In this document: in pieces, positions 50,020-59,659 of the stretch | Numbering within the stretch: position 1 is the stretch's first letter | Layout of the letters: each line of letters begins with the position of its first letter | Origin: Thermoanaerobaculia bacterium | GTDB lineage: Bacteria > Acidobacteriota > Thermoanaerobaculia > Multivoradales > Multivoraceae | DNA length: 64,000 nucleotides | Assembly: GCA_963664405.1 (NCBI GenBank) | Contig: OY761158.1 | Coordinates: 1,920,001-1,984,000 of the forward strand | Reading direction: 5' to 3' | Program-made: the position numbers and the translations under genes | Notes under the pieces: model-generated | Told to the model about the DNA's origin: nothing | What the model saw: only the letters and a program-made list of their open reading frames with translations | The model's database searches: none

Positions 50020-51111
50020 CTACAGGCCGTACAGCGCACGGGCATTGTCGAAGCGAATTCCGCGCTTGACCTCCTCCGAAAGGACGCTCGGCAGAACCAT
50101 GTCGGGGTTGTCGCCGTCCCAGTGCGGGTAGTCGCTCGCCATCATCAAGTGATCGGCCATGTTGCCGAAGTGCTCGAGCAGGTGCACGAAGTCATCCGTT
50201 CGTGGCGGCTCCTCCACCGGCTGGGTGCTCACGTAAAGGTGCTCTTGGATCAATTCCGATGGCAGCCGGTCGAGATGAGGAGCCTCAGCACGTAAGAGCT
50301 TCCAAGCTGCGTCGAGCCGCCACATCAGCGGCGGTATCCAGCCGAAGCCGTTCTCGACCGAGATCAACTTCAGGTCCGGGAAGCGATCGAAGACCCCTTC
50401 GACCACGAGGCTGGTGACGTTCGCCTGCACCGCCTGCGGCGGCCCGGTGTGGTCTTCGATGTAGTACGACGCGTGTCCGGCACCGGTGATCGGATGGCCG
50501 TAGGCTCCGAAGGCGTGACTGGCGATGTGCAGCCCGCCCTCGGCACAGGCCTCGTAGAGCGGCCAATACTTTCGCCGCCCCATCGGCTCCTGGAGCCGGC
50601 CCATGAACAGCACCTGGACGAAGCGGGGGTCGTTCGAGCGTTGGCGAATCTCTGCCACGGCCGCCTCGGGATTCTCCGGAGTCACCACGACCGAGGCGCG
50701 GAGCCTCGGCTCAGGCTCGAGCCATTCGGCGACCTGCCAATCATTGGCTGCCGTTGCCAGGGCCGCACCGAGCTCGAGGTTGAGGGCCGCCGCCGCCCCC
50801 GTCAGCGGGTTGAGAACTGCATAGGCGACGTTGTAGGGATCGAGGAAGTCCTCGCGCATGAAGCCGACCTCGGACCCGGGGGTGCGACCTGAAGGCGGGC
50901 GCGCCGCCTCACGATGGCCCATAAAGCGCGGGTAGTAGGAGCCGTTCGGAGAGCGCAGGCCGAAGGTGTCGAGGTGACTGCGCCAGCGCTCGGACAGATA
51001 GGGATAAAGGTCTTTGATCGAGTCGAGCTCGTTGTGGAGGTCGCAGTCGATGATCGCAGGGCGAGCCTGCGGAGCGCTCTTCTCGGTGGGGGCAGCTACG
51101 GTCTCGATCAT
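50020..51111 (-). CDS. Amidohydrolase_2-fold protein (AibH-like dimetal oxygenase subunit candidate)
   Basis: IDCDLH, NDWQVAEWL, STQPVEEP, SDYPHWD. Confidence 0.85.
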   Translation of the reverse strand: MIETVAAPTEKSAPQARPAIIDCDLHNELDSIKDLYPYLSERWRSHLDTFGLRSPNGSYYPRFMGHREAARPPSGRTPGSEVGFMREDFLDPYNVAYAVLNPLTGAAAALNLELGAALATAANDWQVAEWLEPEPRLRASVVVTPENPEAAVAEIRQRSNDPRFVQVLFMGRLQEPMGRRKYWPLYEACAEGGLHIASHAFGAYGHPITGAGHASYYIEDHTGPPQAVQANVTSLVVEGVFDRFPDLKLISVENGFGWIPPLMWRLDAAWKLLRAEAPHLDRLPSELIQEHLYVSTQPVEEPPRTDDFVHLLEHFGNMADHLMMASDYPHWDGDNPDMVLPSVLSEEVKRGIRFDNARALYGL

Positions 51112-51153
51112 GCTTTGGCCTCCTGCACCTGCTCACGGGATTCTGCCGACACT

Positions 51154-52197
51154 TCAGAGTTTGTAGAAGGTGCGCGCATTCTCGCTCCTGATCTTATCCT
51201 GCAACGATTGCGGTAGATGATCGAGAAGCGCCTCCTCGACATCGAACGCGTGTACGTGAGGGTAGTCGCTGGTGTAGAGCAGCATCTCTTCACTGCCCAG
51301 CTGGTCGACGACTTCGAGCAGTTGGCTCGCTTGCGGCGGTGGATCGAGCGGCTGGATTCCCACTCGGACATGCTCGCGAACGTACTCCGACGGCGGCCGT
51401 CTCACCCACGGCACCAGACGGCGAAGATTCCGCCACTCTTTGTCCATACGCCACATATGCGTCGGCAGCCAGGTGAACCCCGACTCCAGGAAAGCGACCC
51501 GCAAACCAGGGTGAGCGTCGAACACGCCCTCGACGATCATGCTGGTGAGCTGGGTGGCGAAGACCTGCGCCATCGCCGTGTACTCCTCCAAGAAATAGGT
51601 CGGCCAGCCGGTAGGCGTCGGCGGCATCACCGGCGCACCGCCGAAGTGAATACCCGCGACCAGCCCACTGCGCTCGATCGCCTCCCACAGCGGCCGAAAC
51701 AGCCGGCTTCCCAGCGGATGCTCAGTACGGACGGGCAGGAGCACCTGAACGAACCCCGGGTGCTCGGCGACGCGCTCGATCTCGGCCACCGCGAGCTCGG
51801 GGATCTGGATCGGCACCACGATCGAGCCTCGGAGGCGCGGCTCGGGCTCGAGCCATTCCTGGATCTGCCAATCGTTGACCGCGGTCGCAAGCGCTACCGC
51901 GACATCGGGGTTGTGAACACCGTCGACGGCGTAGAGGCAGCTTGCGATCGCGACTTCGGCGCCGGACCCATCGAGCACGCTTCGCAGCCGATCCAGGCCC
52001 GAGGCGGGGCCGTTGTCCCCGCCCTCATCGCTCCTGCCTCGTCCCGAGATCGGAGCACGAGGAGGGTAATACTGCTGCGACGGCCCGCGGTCCACTGTGT
52101 TGGTGAAGTGCTCGATCCAGTGCCCGGGTAGGTACGGAAAGAGCTCCTTCACCGGCGGGGTGTCGATGTGGATGTCGGCGTCGATGAGAGGTGACAT
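51154..52197 (-). CDS. Amidohydrolase_2-fold protein (AibH-like partner subunit candidate)
   Basis: IDADIH, NDWQIQEWL, IQPLDPP, SDYPH. Confidence 0.85.
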   Translation of the reverse strand: MSPLIDADIHIDTPPVKELFPYLPGHWIEHFTNTVDRGPSQQYYPPRAPISGRGRSDEGGDNGPASGLDRLRSVLDGSGAEVAIASCLYAVDGVHNPDVAVALATAVNDWQIQEWLEPEPRLRGSIVVPIQIPELAVAEIERVAEHPGFVQVLLPVRTEHPLGSRLFRPLWEAIERSGLVAGIHFGGAPVMPPTPTGWPTYFLEEYTAMAQVFATQLTSMIVEGVFDAHPGLRVAFLESGFTWLPTHMWRMDKEWRNLRRLVPWVRRPPSEYVREHVRVGIQPLDPPPQASQLLEVVDQLGSEEMLLYTSDYPHVHAFDVEEALLDHLPQSLQDKIRSENARTFYKL

Positions 52198-52251
52198 GAT
52201 TAATCTTACGCTGCCGTAGAGATTAACCATGCTATCGCCGTCTGCCATCTA

Positions 52252-52836
52252 GTGAGAGATTCCAGCCCCCAGCAGGTCACCCTAATTCTGGAAGCGATCA
52301 ACGCGGGGGACGCAGCCGCAGAGGATCAACTGCTGCCCCTGGTTTACGACGAGCTGCGCAAGATCGCACGATCGCGGATGGCGCGGGAGCGGCCAGGGCA
52401 GACTCTTCAGCCCACCGCCCTGGTGCACGAGGCCTATCTTCGCCTCTTCGGAGGCGAGAAGCCCAGCTGGGAGAGTCGAGCTCACTTCTTCGGCGCCGCC
52501 GGCGAAGCCATGCGTCGCATTCTGATCGAACGAGCACGCAAAAAGGGTCGACTGATGCGAGGCGGCGACCGGCGCCGCGTCGAGCTCGACACTTCGGCGG
52601 GAAGAACCGAGCCGCCTTCGGATGAGGTTCTGGCACTCGACGAATCGCTCAGCGAGCTCGAGTCGATCGACTCCAAGATGGCACAGGTCGTGAAGCTACG
52701 CTACTTCGCCGGTCTTACCGTGGAGGAAACAGCGAGCGCCATGGCCAGCTCGCCGCGAACGGTCCACCGGCAGTCGGTCGCCGCTCGAGCGTGGTTACAG
52801 AGTAAGCTGTACCCCAGCGATCAACAAGGTCAGTAG
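52252..52836 (+). CDS. ECF sigma factor (TIGR02999/ECF43-like), copy 3
   Basis: LLPLVYDELRKIA, QTLQPTALVHEAYLRL, VVKLRYFAGLT. Confidence 0.93.
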   Translation: MRDSSPQQVTLILEAINAGDAAAEDQLLPLVYDELRKIARSRMARERPGQTLQPTALVHEAYLRLFGGEKPSWESRAHFFGAAGEAMRRILIERARKKGRLMRGGDRRRVELDTSAGRTEPPSDEVLALDESLSELESIDSKMAQVVKLRYFAGLTVEETASAMASSPRTVHRQSVAARAWLQSKLYPSDQQGQ

Positions 52837-52843
52837 CAGCGCC

Positions 52844-55800
52844 ATGACAGAGAGATCCGATCCCCCGGGTCACTGGGGGCTAGTATGGGATCTGTTTCAC
52901 CGTGCCCTGGAAACCGGGTCCGAGGAGCGGGCCGCCTTCCTGACAGAAGCCTGTGGAGGGGACAAAGAGCTGCGATCGGAAGTCGAGAAGCTGTTGGCAG
53001 CTCATGAGCACGAGTCGCAGCTGCTTGACCTCCTGACCGAGCTCGCTCCGGAGGGGGACACCTCCAGGCCCACGGAGCTACCCGAGGTTCCCCCGGAGCA
53101 AGAGCTCGCGCCCGGCGCTGTTCTGGCGGATCGTTTCGAGATTGTCGGCCTCGTCGGCAGAGGCGGAATGGGAGCCGTCTACGAAGCTCAAGATCGTGAG
53201 CTGGGTGCGCGAGTGGCCCTAAAAACCCTGCTGGCAGCACTCTCTGGAAGCAGCGCCGCTCTGGACCGATTCCGGCGAGAGATCCAACTCGCCAAGCAGG
53301 TCACCCACCCCAATGTATGCCGGATCTACGATCTCTTTCGCGACCGTGAGGGCCTCTTCTTCCTGAGCATGGAGCTCCTGGAGGGGAAGACCCTGGCGCA
53401 GCACATCGCGGAGTCCGGCCCGCTCGATCTCGACGAAGCCCTGCCAATCGTCGAGCAGCTGGCAGCCGGGCTCGCTGCCGCCCACCAGGCCGGGGTCGTG
53501 CACCGCGATCTCAAGAGCTCGAACATCATGCTGATTCCCGAAGGCGGCGGCACACGGGCGGTGGTAACCGACTTCGGCCTGGCGCGGACAACAGGCTCAG
53601 CAGACGCCGAGACCGGACACCTCACCCGAAGCGGGGAAGTTCTCGGCACCCCGGCCTTCATGGCTCCCGAGCAACTGGAGGGAGGCGAGATCTCGCCGGC
53701 AACCGACGTCTACGCTTTCGGCGTCGTGCTCTTCGAGATGGTTACCGGGCGTCTGCCCTTCAGTGGCGTAACGCCCTATGCGGTGGTGGCGCAGCGCCTT
53801 CGGAACGAGCCACCGTCTCCCCGGGAGCACTCGCCCAATCTGGATCGGCGCTGGGAACGGGTGATCCTCCGCTGCCTGGAGTCTCGCCCCGCAGACCGAT
53901 TTCAGACTCCGGGCGCAATCGTTGCCGCGCTGCTTGGGGCCAAGGCCACCACTATCCCCTCCGATCGACGGCGCTTGGCCCGCCGCTCGGCTGTCGCAGC
54001 GATGGGTATGGCCGTTGTCTTCGGCGGGTTCTTCCTACTCCGTGGAGACGCAGACTCCGACGCTGCCGCCTCGGCCGAGGCCGACCAGGACTCCAGCGCG
54101 GCCCTTCCTTTCGCTGAGCGCGACGCGGTGCTGATCACCGCCTTCGAGAACAGGACCGGCGACGAGATCTTCGACGGCACTCTGGAAGGTGCACTGGCCC
54201 GACAGCTCGCCAACTCGACATTCGTCACCGTGGCGACCCTGCCGCGGATCCGCGACACCCTGGCCCTGATGGGCCTACCCGACAACGCCGAGGTCGATAC
54301 CTCTACCGGACGCGAGATCGCTCTGCGCGATGGCGGCATCCGCGCCTTGATCGGCGGCCGGATCGAGAAGCTCGGGCAAACATGGGTGCTGAGCGCCGAC
54401 TTGATCGACGCAAGCGATGGTCGGGTGGTGGCGAGTCTCGAGGAAGAGGCGCCGCACATGGAGGAGGTTCTCGGTGCAATTCGTCGTCTCGCCAGCGGAA
54501 TGAGAGAGCTCCTCGGCGAAGAGATCGACGAGATTCGCGAAAGCGAAGAAGAGCTGGCAAGGGTCGCCACGCCGTCTCTCAGGGCCCTACGCCTCTATAC
54601 CGAGGCCGACGCGCTCGTCGCCCGCATCGACAACGCCGCCTCAGAAGAGCTTCTTCGCCAGGCCATTGAGCTGGATCCGGACTTTGCATCGGCTCACATT
54701 TTGCTCGCCTATGCCATTGGCAACCAGGGTCGCCCCCAAGAAGAGCTCTTTCCGCATGCGGAGCGGGCCTTCGAGCTCGCCGGGCAAGCACCGGAGCGGG
54801 AGCGCTACTTCATCCGTGCCAGTTATTTCCAAATGTCAGGAGAATGGGAGAAGGCGCGAGCCAACTACGAGGCCCTCTTACGCGTCGACCCCTATCACTT
54901 CTGGGGCAACAGCAACATGGCGCGCTCCTTGTCTCGAGGCCCCCGCCGCGAAGATGCGCCCGCTTACTGGGTTCGCCGGGCGCGTGGGCGACCGAACGAC
55001 CTCGACGCCAACTTCGATGCCGGCTACGCGTTGGAGATGATCGCCGAGAGCCCCGAAGCGGCCCGGCCTTACCTTCGCCGCGTCGTTGACCTCGCCGTCG
55101 ACCCCAATAGCCCGTTGCAGCAGCGCAACGGGTTCGAGATCTCCTGGGCTCGCCTACATCCGGCCCACGAGCACTGGGTTGGCAACGACGCCGAGGGAAT
55201 GCTACGAGAGCTGGATCGCGTGGCGGAGGAGCTGTCGCAGCTATCGCCTGGCCTCGAGGCGGCATTTCTGTCAGCCGTGCTGCGCTCGGGGTATCGCAGC
55301 CTCGGCTTCCGCAACCGTCCCCCGGCGCTTAGACCCATCAGCCGCACCGGGAGCTTCTGGGGCGGAATCGACGCTTATTACCGGGGCGATCTAGCGGAGG
55401 TCAAGAGACAACTCGGCGAAGCTCGAAGCCGCCTCGTCTGGGCCGGCGCCCTCATCCAGGAACCGCCCCGTATCCTCGCCCTGGTGCGTGCCGGCTTCTT
55501 AGCGGAGGCCCGGGCAGGCCTCGCCTCTTTCGAGCTCCGCGAAGAGACTTCGGTCCCCGACGGCTACCCGGCGCGCAACACCGTGACCGATGTCATGAAG
55601 GGCCATGTAGCCCTCGCCGAGGGCCGGGTGCAGGAGGCCCTAGCACTGCTGCAGAGTGCGCTCACCGCGGGGCCAGAACCGGGCGGGACCAGCTACTTTG
55701 TGGCGGCGTCGGGCCTCGCCTCGGCGTGGCTGGAGCTCGGCGAGCCCGCTCGCGCCTTGGCAGCCCTCGAAGAGTCGTCGCGGCAGAAGCGGCGCAGCCA

Positions 55801-55981
55801 TCCCTACGCCAGGGAGACCTGGATGGCCAACCAGCTCCGCCTCGCCTCTCTCTATCGCGAGCTGGGAAGAGCGAGCGACGCGCAGGGCGTCGAAGACGAG
55901 CTGCGCGCGATGCTGGCCTATGCCGATCCCGACTTCTGGCTCGTTCAGCAGCTGGCGGCGAACAGCCAACCCGCCCCCTGA
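52844..55981 (+). CDS. Membrane Ser/Thr kinase with TPR region, copy 3
   Basis: GRGGMGAVY, HRDLKSSN, DFGLA, GTPAFMAPE; same architecture as copies 1 and 2. Confidence 0.93.
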   Translation: MTERSDPPGHWGLVWDLFHRALETGSEERAAFLTEACGGDKELRSEVEKLLAAHEHESQLLDLLTELAPEGDTSRPTELPEVPPEQELAPGAVLADRFEIVGLVGRGGMGAVYEAQDRELGARVALKTLLAALSGSSAALDRFRREIQLAKQVTHPNVCRIYDLFRDREGLFFLSMELLEGKTLAQHIAESGPLDLDEALPIVEQLAAGLAAAHQAGVVHRDLKSSNIMLIPEGGGTRAVVTDFGLARTTGSADAETGHLTRSGEVLGTPAFMAPEQLEGGEISPATDVYAFGVVLFEMVTGRLPFSGVTPYAVVAQRLRNEPPSPREHSPNLDRRWERVILRCLESRPADRFQTPGAIVAALLGAKATTIPSDRRRLARRSAVAAMGMAVVFGGFFLLRGDADSDAAASAEADQDSSAALPFAERDAVLITAFENRTGDEIFDGTLEGALARQLANSTFVTVATLPRIRDTLALMGLPDNAEVDTSTGREIALRDGGIRALIGGRIEKLGQTWVLSADLIDASDGRVVASLEEEAPHMEEVLGAIRRLASGMRELLGEEIDEIRESEEELARVATPSLRALRLYTEADALVARIDNAASEELLRQAIELDPDFASAHILLAYAIGNQGRPQEELFPHAERAFELAGQAPERERYFIRASYFQMSGEWEKARANYEALLRVDPYHFWGNSNMARSLSRGPRREDAPAYWVRRARGRPNDLDANFDAGYALEMIAESPEAARPYLRRVVDLAVDPNSPLQQRNGFEISWARLHPAHEHWVGNDAEGMLRELDRVAEELSQLSPGLEAAFLSAVLRSGYRSLGFRNRPPALRPISRTGSFWGGIDAYYRGDLAEVKRQLGEARSRLVWAGALIQEPPRILALVRAGFLAEARAGLASFELREETSVPDGYPARNTVTDVMKGHVALAEGRVQEALALLQSALTAGPEPGGTSYFVAASGLASAWLELGEPARALAALEESSRQKRRSHPYARETWMANQLRLASLYRELGRASDAQGVEDELRAMLAYADPDFWLVQQLAANSQPAP

Positions 55982-56000
55982 TCTCAAAGACGGACACGGT

Positions 56001-56954
56001 CTAGGCGTCGGGGGTGCCGTCACAATCGTTGTCGAGCCCGTCGCGGCCCCATCTGCCTTTGGAGTCCTGATGGCCCGGATAGATCCGGGAGTTGCCGTCG
56101 TCGCAGTCGTCTCCTCCCGTTGCAATCGAGCAGTGACCGTCGGCATCCGCGTCGGTGCAACCGGCACCTCCGCCGCCGCCATCGCCCCCATCGACCGTGC
56201 TCACTCTCTGTAGCCGGATCGCCATCGGTAGGTACCATCTGCCTATGACCGCGTTATCCGACGCCCGCACCACCTCGGCCTCCGAGACGTCGACTTTTCC
56301 GTCGCACGACTCGGTCTGCAACAGCCGCCAATTGTCGTCATCCGCGTGGAGAGGGTCCTGGCAGATGTAGAGAGGGTTCACATGATCGATGTCGGCCTTG
56401 GGAGTAAAGCCGCCGACCTCGTTCCACAGCTTGAAGCGGCGCAGTGTCTGACGAGTGGCGCCGGCCTTGAAGACGCGATCGGCACTGATATCGACCTGAG
56501 CAAAGCAGTCGGTCGCACAGTTGCAAGTGTCGCCCCCCAGCTCGCCTCCCAAGCTCAGCGCCGCCAGGGCTGAGCAGCCGGCCCCGCCATCGGCGGAGTC
56601 GGAGAAGTCGAATCCAATCGCCCGCATGAACGACTTCGAGAAATATCTGGTAGCGAGCTTCCAACGCCCGCCCCCCGAGACCGTGCTGAAACCGGTGGTC
56701 GAGAGAGTTGGCGTGCAGACGTCGCGGGCGTCGGCGTAGTCGAAGTCGGTGCCTTCGCAGGTGAGAGGGTCGTCGGCACTTACGCTCAGATTGGCATCGG
56801 CGCCGAAGACACCGCCACTGAGCGCGTTTGCCGCTTCGTGCAGAAAATCCACCCTCACCAGCACTGACTCCTGCTGAGCAGCCATCGGTAGGGCGCTCCA
56901 GCCCACGAGCAAACCCAAGTGGATGGCGAGCAAGATCGTTTTTCGCAACGTCAT
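56001..56954 (-). CDS. Secreted Cys-rich hypothetical protein with C-terminal acidic metal-binding (MopE-related-like) repeat, convergent on kinase 3
   Basis: AGGAGG RBS, signal peptide, DADADGH..DCDD..IYPG..DGLDNDCDG. Confidence 0.8.
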   Translation of the reverse strand: MTLRKTILLAIHLGLLVGWSALPMAAQQESVLVRVDFLHEAANALSGGVFGADANLSVSADDPLTCEGTDFDYADARDVCTPTLSTTGFSTVSGGGRWKLATRYFSKSFMRAIGFDFSDSADGGAGCSALAALSLGGELGGDTCNCATDCFAQVDISADRVFKAGATRQTLRRFKLWNEVGGFTPKADIDHVNPLYICQDPLHADDDNWRLLQTESCDGKVDVSEAEVVRASDNAVIGRWYLPMAIRLQRVSTVDGGDGGGGGAGCTDADADGHCSIATGGDDCDDGNSRIYPGHQDSKGRWGRDGLDNDCDGTPDA

Positions 56955-57015
56955 GGAGACCTCCTTGGAAAACTAGACTTCCCTGTGAGTGGGTGAAGTC
57001 TGGTGTGCATGTCTC

Positions 57016-57046
57016 CTAGTGCGCCATCCGATCAAGAATCCTGCCA
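57016..57046 (-). promoter_or_regulatory. Putative ECF promoter TGGCA-N18-CGCACTAG
   Basis: About 65 bp upstream of the 56954 start; closely resembles the 58750 site. Confidence 0.65.
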
Positions 57047-57181
57047 CCGGAACGGCGTATTGACGTGCCGCAGTCAAATCTGGAGAGGATGACAGTCATC
57101 ATCGATGACCTGCGAGGGCTGGGACTTGACCGGCCCTCGGCCTTCGCACGACACTTTTTTCATAGCCCGAGAGGACCCGAG

Positions 57182-58688
57182 CTACTTCTGTTCAAGACAA
57201 GTCGCCCATGCATTCATGATGACGGGCGTGGCGGTGCCGTTGCCGTATCCGAGTTTCGTCGCCTGTATCTGCCAGCCACTACCTAGGGGAGATGAGCCCC
57301 AGATAACGATCGGTGTGAAGAGAGGGAGTGGCGCGGCTATCTGCCCACCGCCTCCGAGGACGGCCGTCCCGCCGGGGCACGCTACTTCGCAATAACCAAA
57401 ACCGAATGGAGCGATGCTCACCCGGCACTCTCTCCTTACACGGCTGATCGTCCCCAGACCGCTGGGGCCCGTCGCCCCTTCAGGGCCCGGCGGGCCTTGA
57501 AGACCGGAGACGCCCTGCAGGCCCTGGGGGCCCTGGGGACCTGATGGCCCGGCTTGCCCCGGTGGACCCTGCAGCCCGCGCGCGGGCCCTCGGGTCCCGA
57601 GGGTCCCACGGGCCCGGAAGGTCCCTGAAGACCGGGTGAGCCTTGAGGCCCGGAGGCTCCCGGAGGGCCGGTGGGTCCCTGCAATCCCTGCGGTCCACGC
57701 GGGGCACTGAACTCCACCCACCGGCCCGATTGGTAAGGCGGCGTCGTCAGAGGATCGACGCCGCCTCCCCGGTAAATCCACATGCTGGCCACGTCGGGGT
57801 CCGTAGTGGAGCGGTCGAATACGTAATCGTTCGGCGCATAGGGCGGGATCGGGCTTGGCTCCCATTCGCCACGATTGTCGAGCCCCGAGCCCGCTGGACC
57901 CTCCGGTCCCGACAGTCCTTGGGGTCCCGGCGGCCCAACCGCACCCAGAGTGCCCTGCAGGCCGGAGTCCCCTGCGGTCCGGGCGGGCCTTGCAGACCAC
58001 GCGTACCTTGCAGGCCGGACGTCCCCTCCGGCCCGGACGGCCCGGGCAGACCCGGCTGACCTTGTAGGCCCTGGGTCCCCTGCGGTCCAGAGGATCCGAT
58101 CGGACCGGGGGGTCCCAGCGGACCTTGCGGGCCCGGCGGTCCTCCAGCCGGGCCCTCCGGCCCCTCGGGCCCCGGCGGCCCTTGCGCACCCTCGGGTCCA
58201 GGTGGTCCCTCCAGCCCCTCTGGGCCGACAGGTCTGACCGCGCCGAGCGTGAGATCGTACTCGTCGTACCCCCTGTGCGAGGCGCTGGTCTCCACCGAGA
58301 ACAGAAAGTCGCCGGTCGGGCAGATCCCGCCGGGGCATGCAGCCACGATCTCGTAGGCCGACGCGAAGCAGACATTCAACGGACCTTGATCGCCCAGGAC
58401 CACCAAGGGCGGGTCGCCGTTGTCGAAGCCGATGCCTGCGATCAGCAAGACCTGGTCGCCAGCCATGCACGGACCGAGCGGCGAAGCCAGGCCGAGGAGG
58501 TCGGTGTGGACCTCGCTGATGAAGAGATCAACCGTGGCGGGGTTGTTGCCGCTGTTCTGGCCGGAGACGGCAGTCGGTGCAGTCAGGCCCAGCCCGACAA
58601 GCAGAGCTGCGCAGGGGATCGATACGCGAACCCTCGCCAAAATCCCTCCTGCTCGGAGAACTGCCAAAACCGCTTTCTGCGACCTCAT
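57182..58688 (-). pseudogene. Exported collagen-like (Gly-X-Y) protein with two apparent frameshifts (near 57965 and 57585)
   Basis: Signal peptide and GPQG/GPPG runs that continue across three frames; C-terminal CPGGTAVLGGG..AWATC domain. Confidence 0.8.
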
Positions 58689-58749
58689 GGTGACCTCCTC
58701 GGATAGGGCAGACCTCCGAAAATATGAGGAGGGCTGGCGCGCATGTCTT

Positions 58750-58779
58750 CTAATGCGCCGTCCGATGAAAAACCTGCCA
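58750..58779 (-). promoter_or_regulatory. Putative ECF promoter TGGCA-N17-CGCATTAG
   Basis: About 65 bp upstream of the collagen-like gene start. Confidence 0.65.
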
Positions 58780-58887
58780 CCACGTCGTGCTATCGAATGA
58801 AGCTCGACTAGCCCGCCAGCGCAAAACGCTCCCCTTCGCCCGCACCCGATCTAGGCTCCTCGCCTTCGCTGGAGAATGACCGACAGC

Positions 58888-59565
58888 CTACGCCGACTGG
58901 CGGCTACCGACGAAGCACAGCAGCTGCATCTCCTCGTCGCGGCCCGACACCGCGCTTCGAGCGATCGACTGGCTCAGGCGAAGAGAAGGTAGGAGAGCCT
59001 CGTAGTCCTCCACCGTGCGGCGCCACGTGGGCGGCTTCGACCGCTTAGATCCTGTGGCCTCGAAGAGCAGCAGCAGGCAATCGTCGCTGAGCACCCGCTG
59101 GAGCTCCTCCGCAGCGGCAGTGATCGACTCATGGGGAATGTGCTGGAGCACGGTCCAGCTGACCGCCAGATCGAAGTGGAAATCGGGGTAGGGCATCTTT
59201 TGTGCCGAGGCGTGCTCGAACTTGACGCCCGGGAACCACTCTCTTGCATCCTTGAGCACGTCGGCATTGGGCTCGAGAGCGTGCGCCTCGGCGCTGTACT
59301 CGGCGATCCAAGGAGTGCGGGCGCCCCAGCCGCAGCCAAGCTCCAAAGAACGCCGGAAGCGGCGCTCACCCACCGCTTGGCGAGTGAGCAAGTAGTTGAA
59401 GTACTGGTAGGCCAGGGTGCGGGGAGGCTGATCAATGCCCCACCCGTAGCCCTGCCAGGTATAGACGCCATCCTTCTTCTGCCAGCTCTTCCTGCGACGG
59501 AGCGAGGTCAGCGTACGAGACCACAGCCGCGCAAAGGGTGCGGGGGATGGCGTAGTTGTCGGCAT
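58888..59565 (-). CDS. Class I SAM-dependent methyltransferase
   Basis: LELGCGWG, FDLAVSWTVLQHIP. Confidence 0.85.
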   Translation of the reverse strand: MPTTTPSPAPFARLWSRTLTSLRRRKSWQKKDGVYTWQGYGWGIDQPPRTLAYQYFNYLLTRQAVGERRFRRSLELGCGWGARTPWIAEYSAEAHALEPNADVLKDAREWFPGVKFEHASAQKMPYPDFHFDLAVSWTVLQHIPHESITAAAEELQRVLSDDCLLLLFEATGSKRSKPPTWRRTVEDYEALLPSLRLSQSIARSAVSGRDEEMQLLCFVGSRQSA

Positions 59566-59659
59566 CTTGCGAGGCTCCTCCTCGAGCCGTTAGTCGGCGC
59601 AATACTACGCGAGACCGCCCTCAGAGTCTCGGCCACGATTCGGCCTTCATCGGAGCAGC

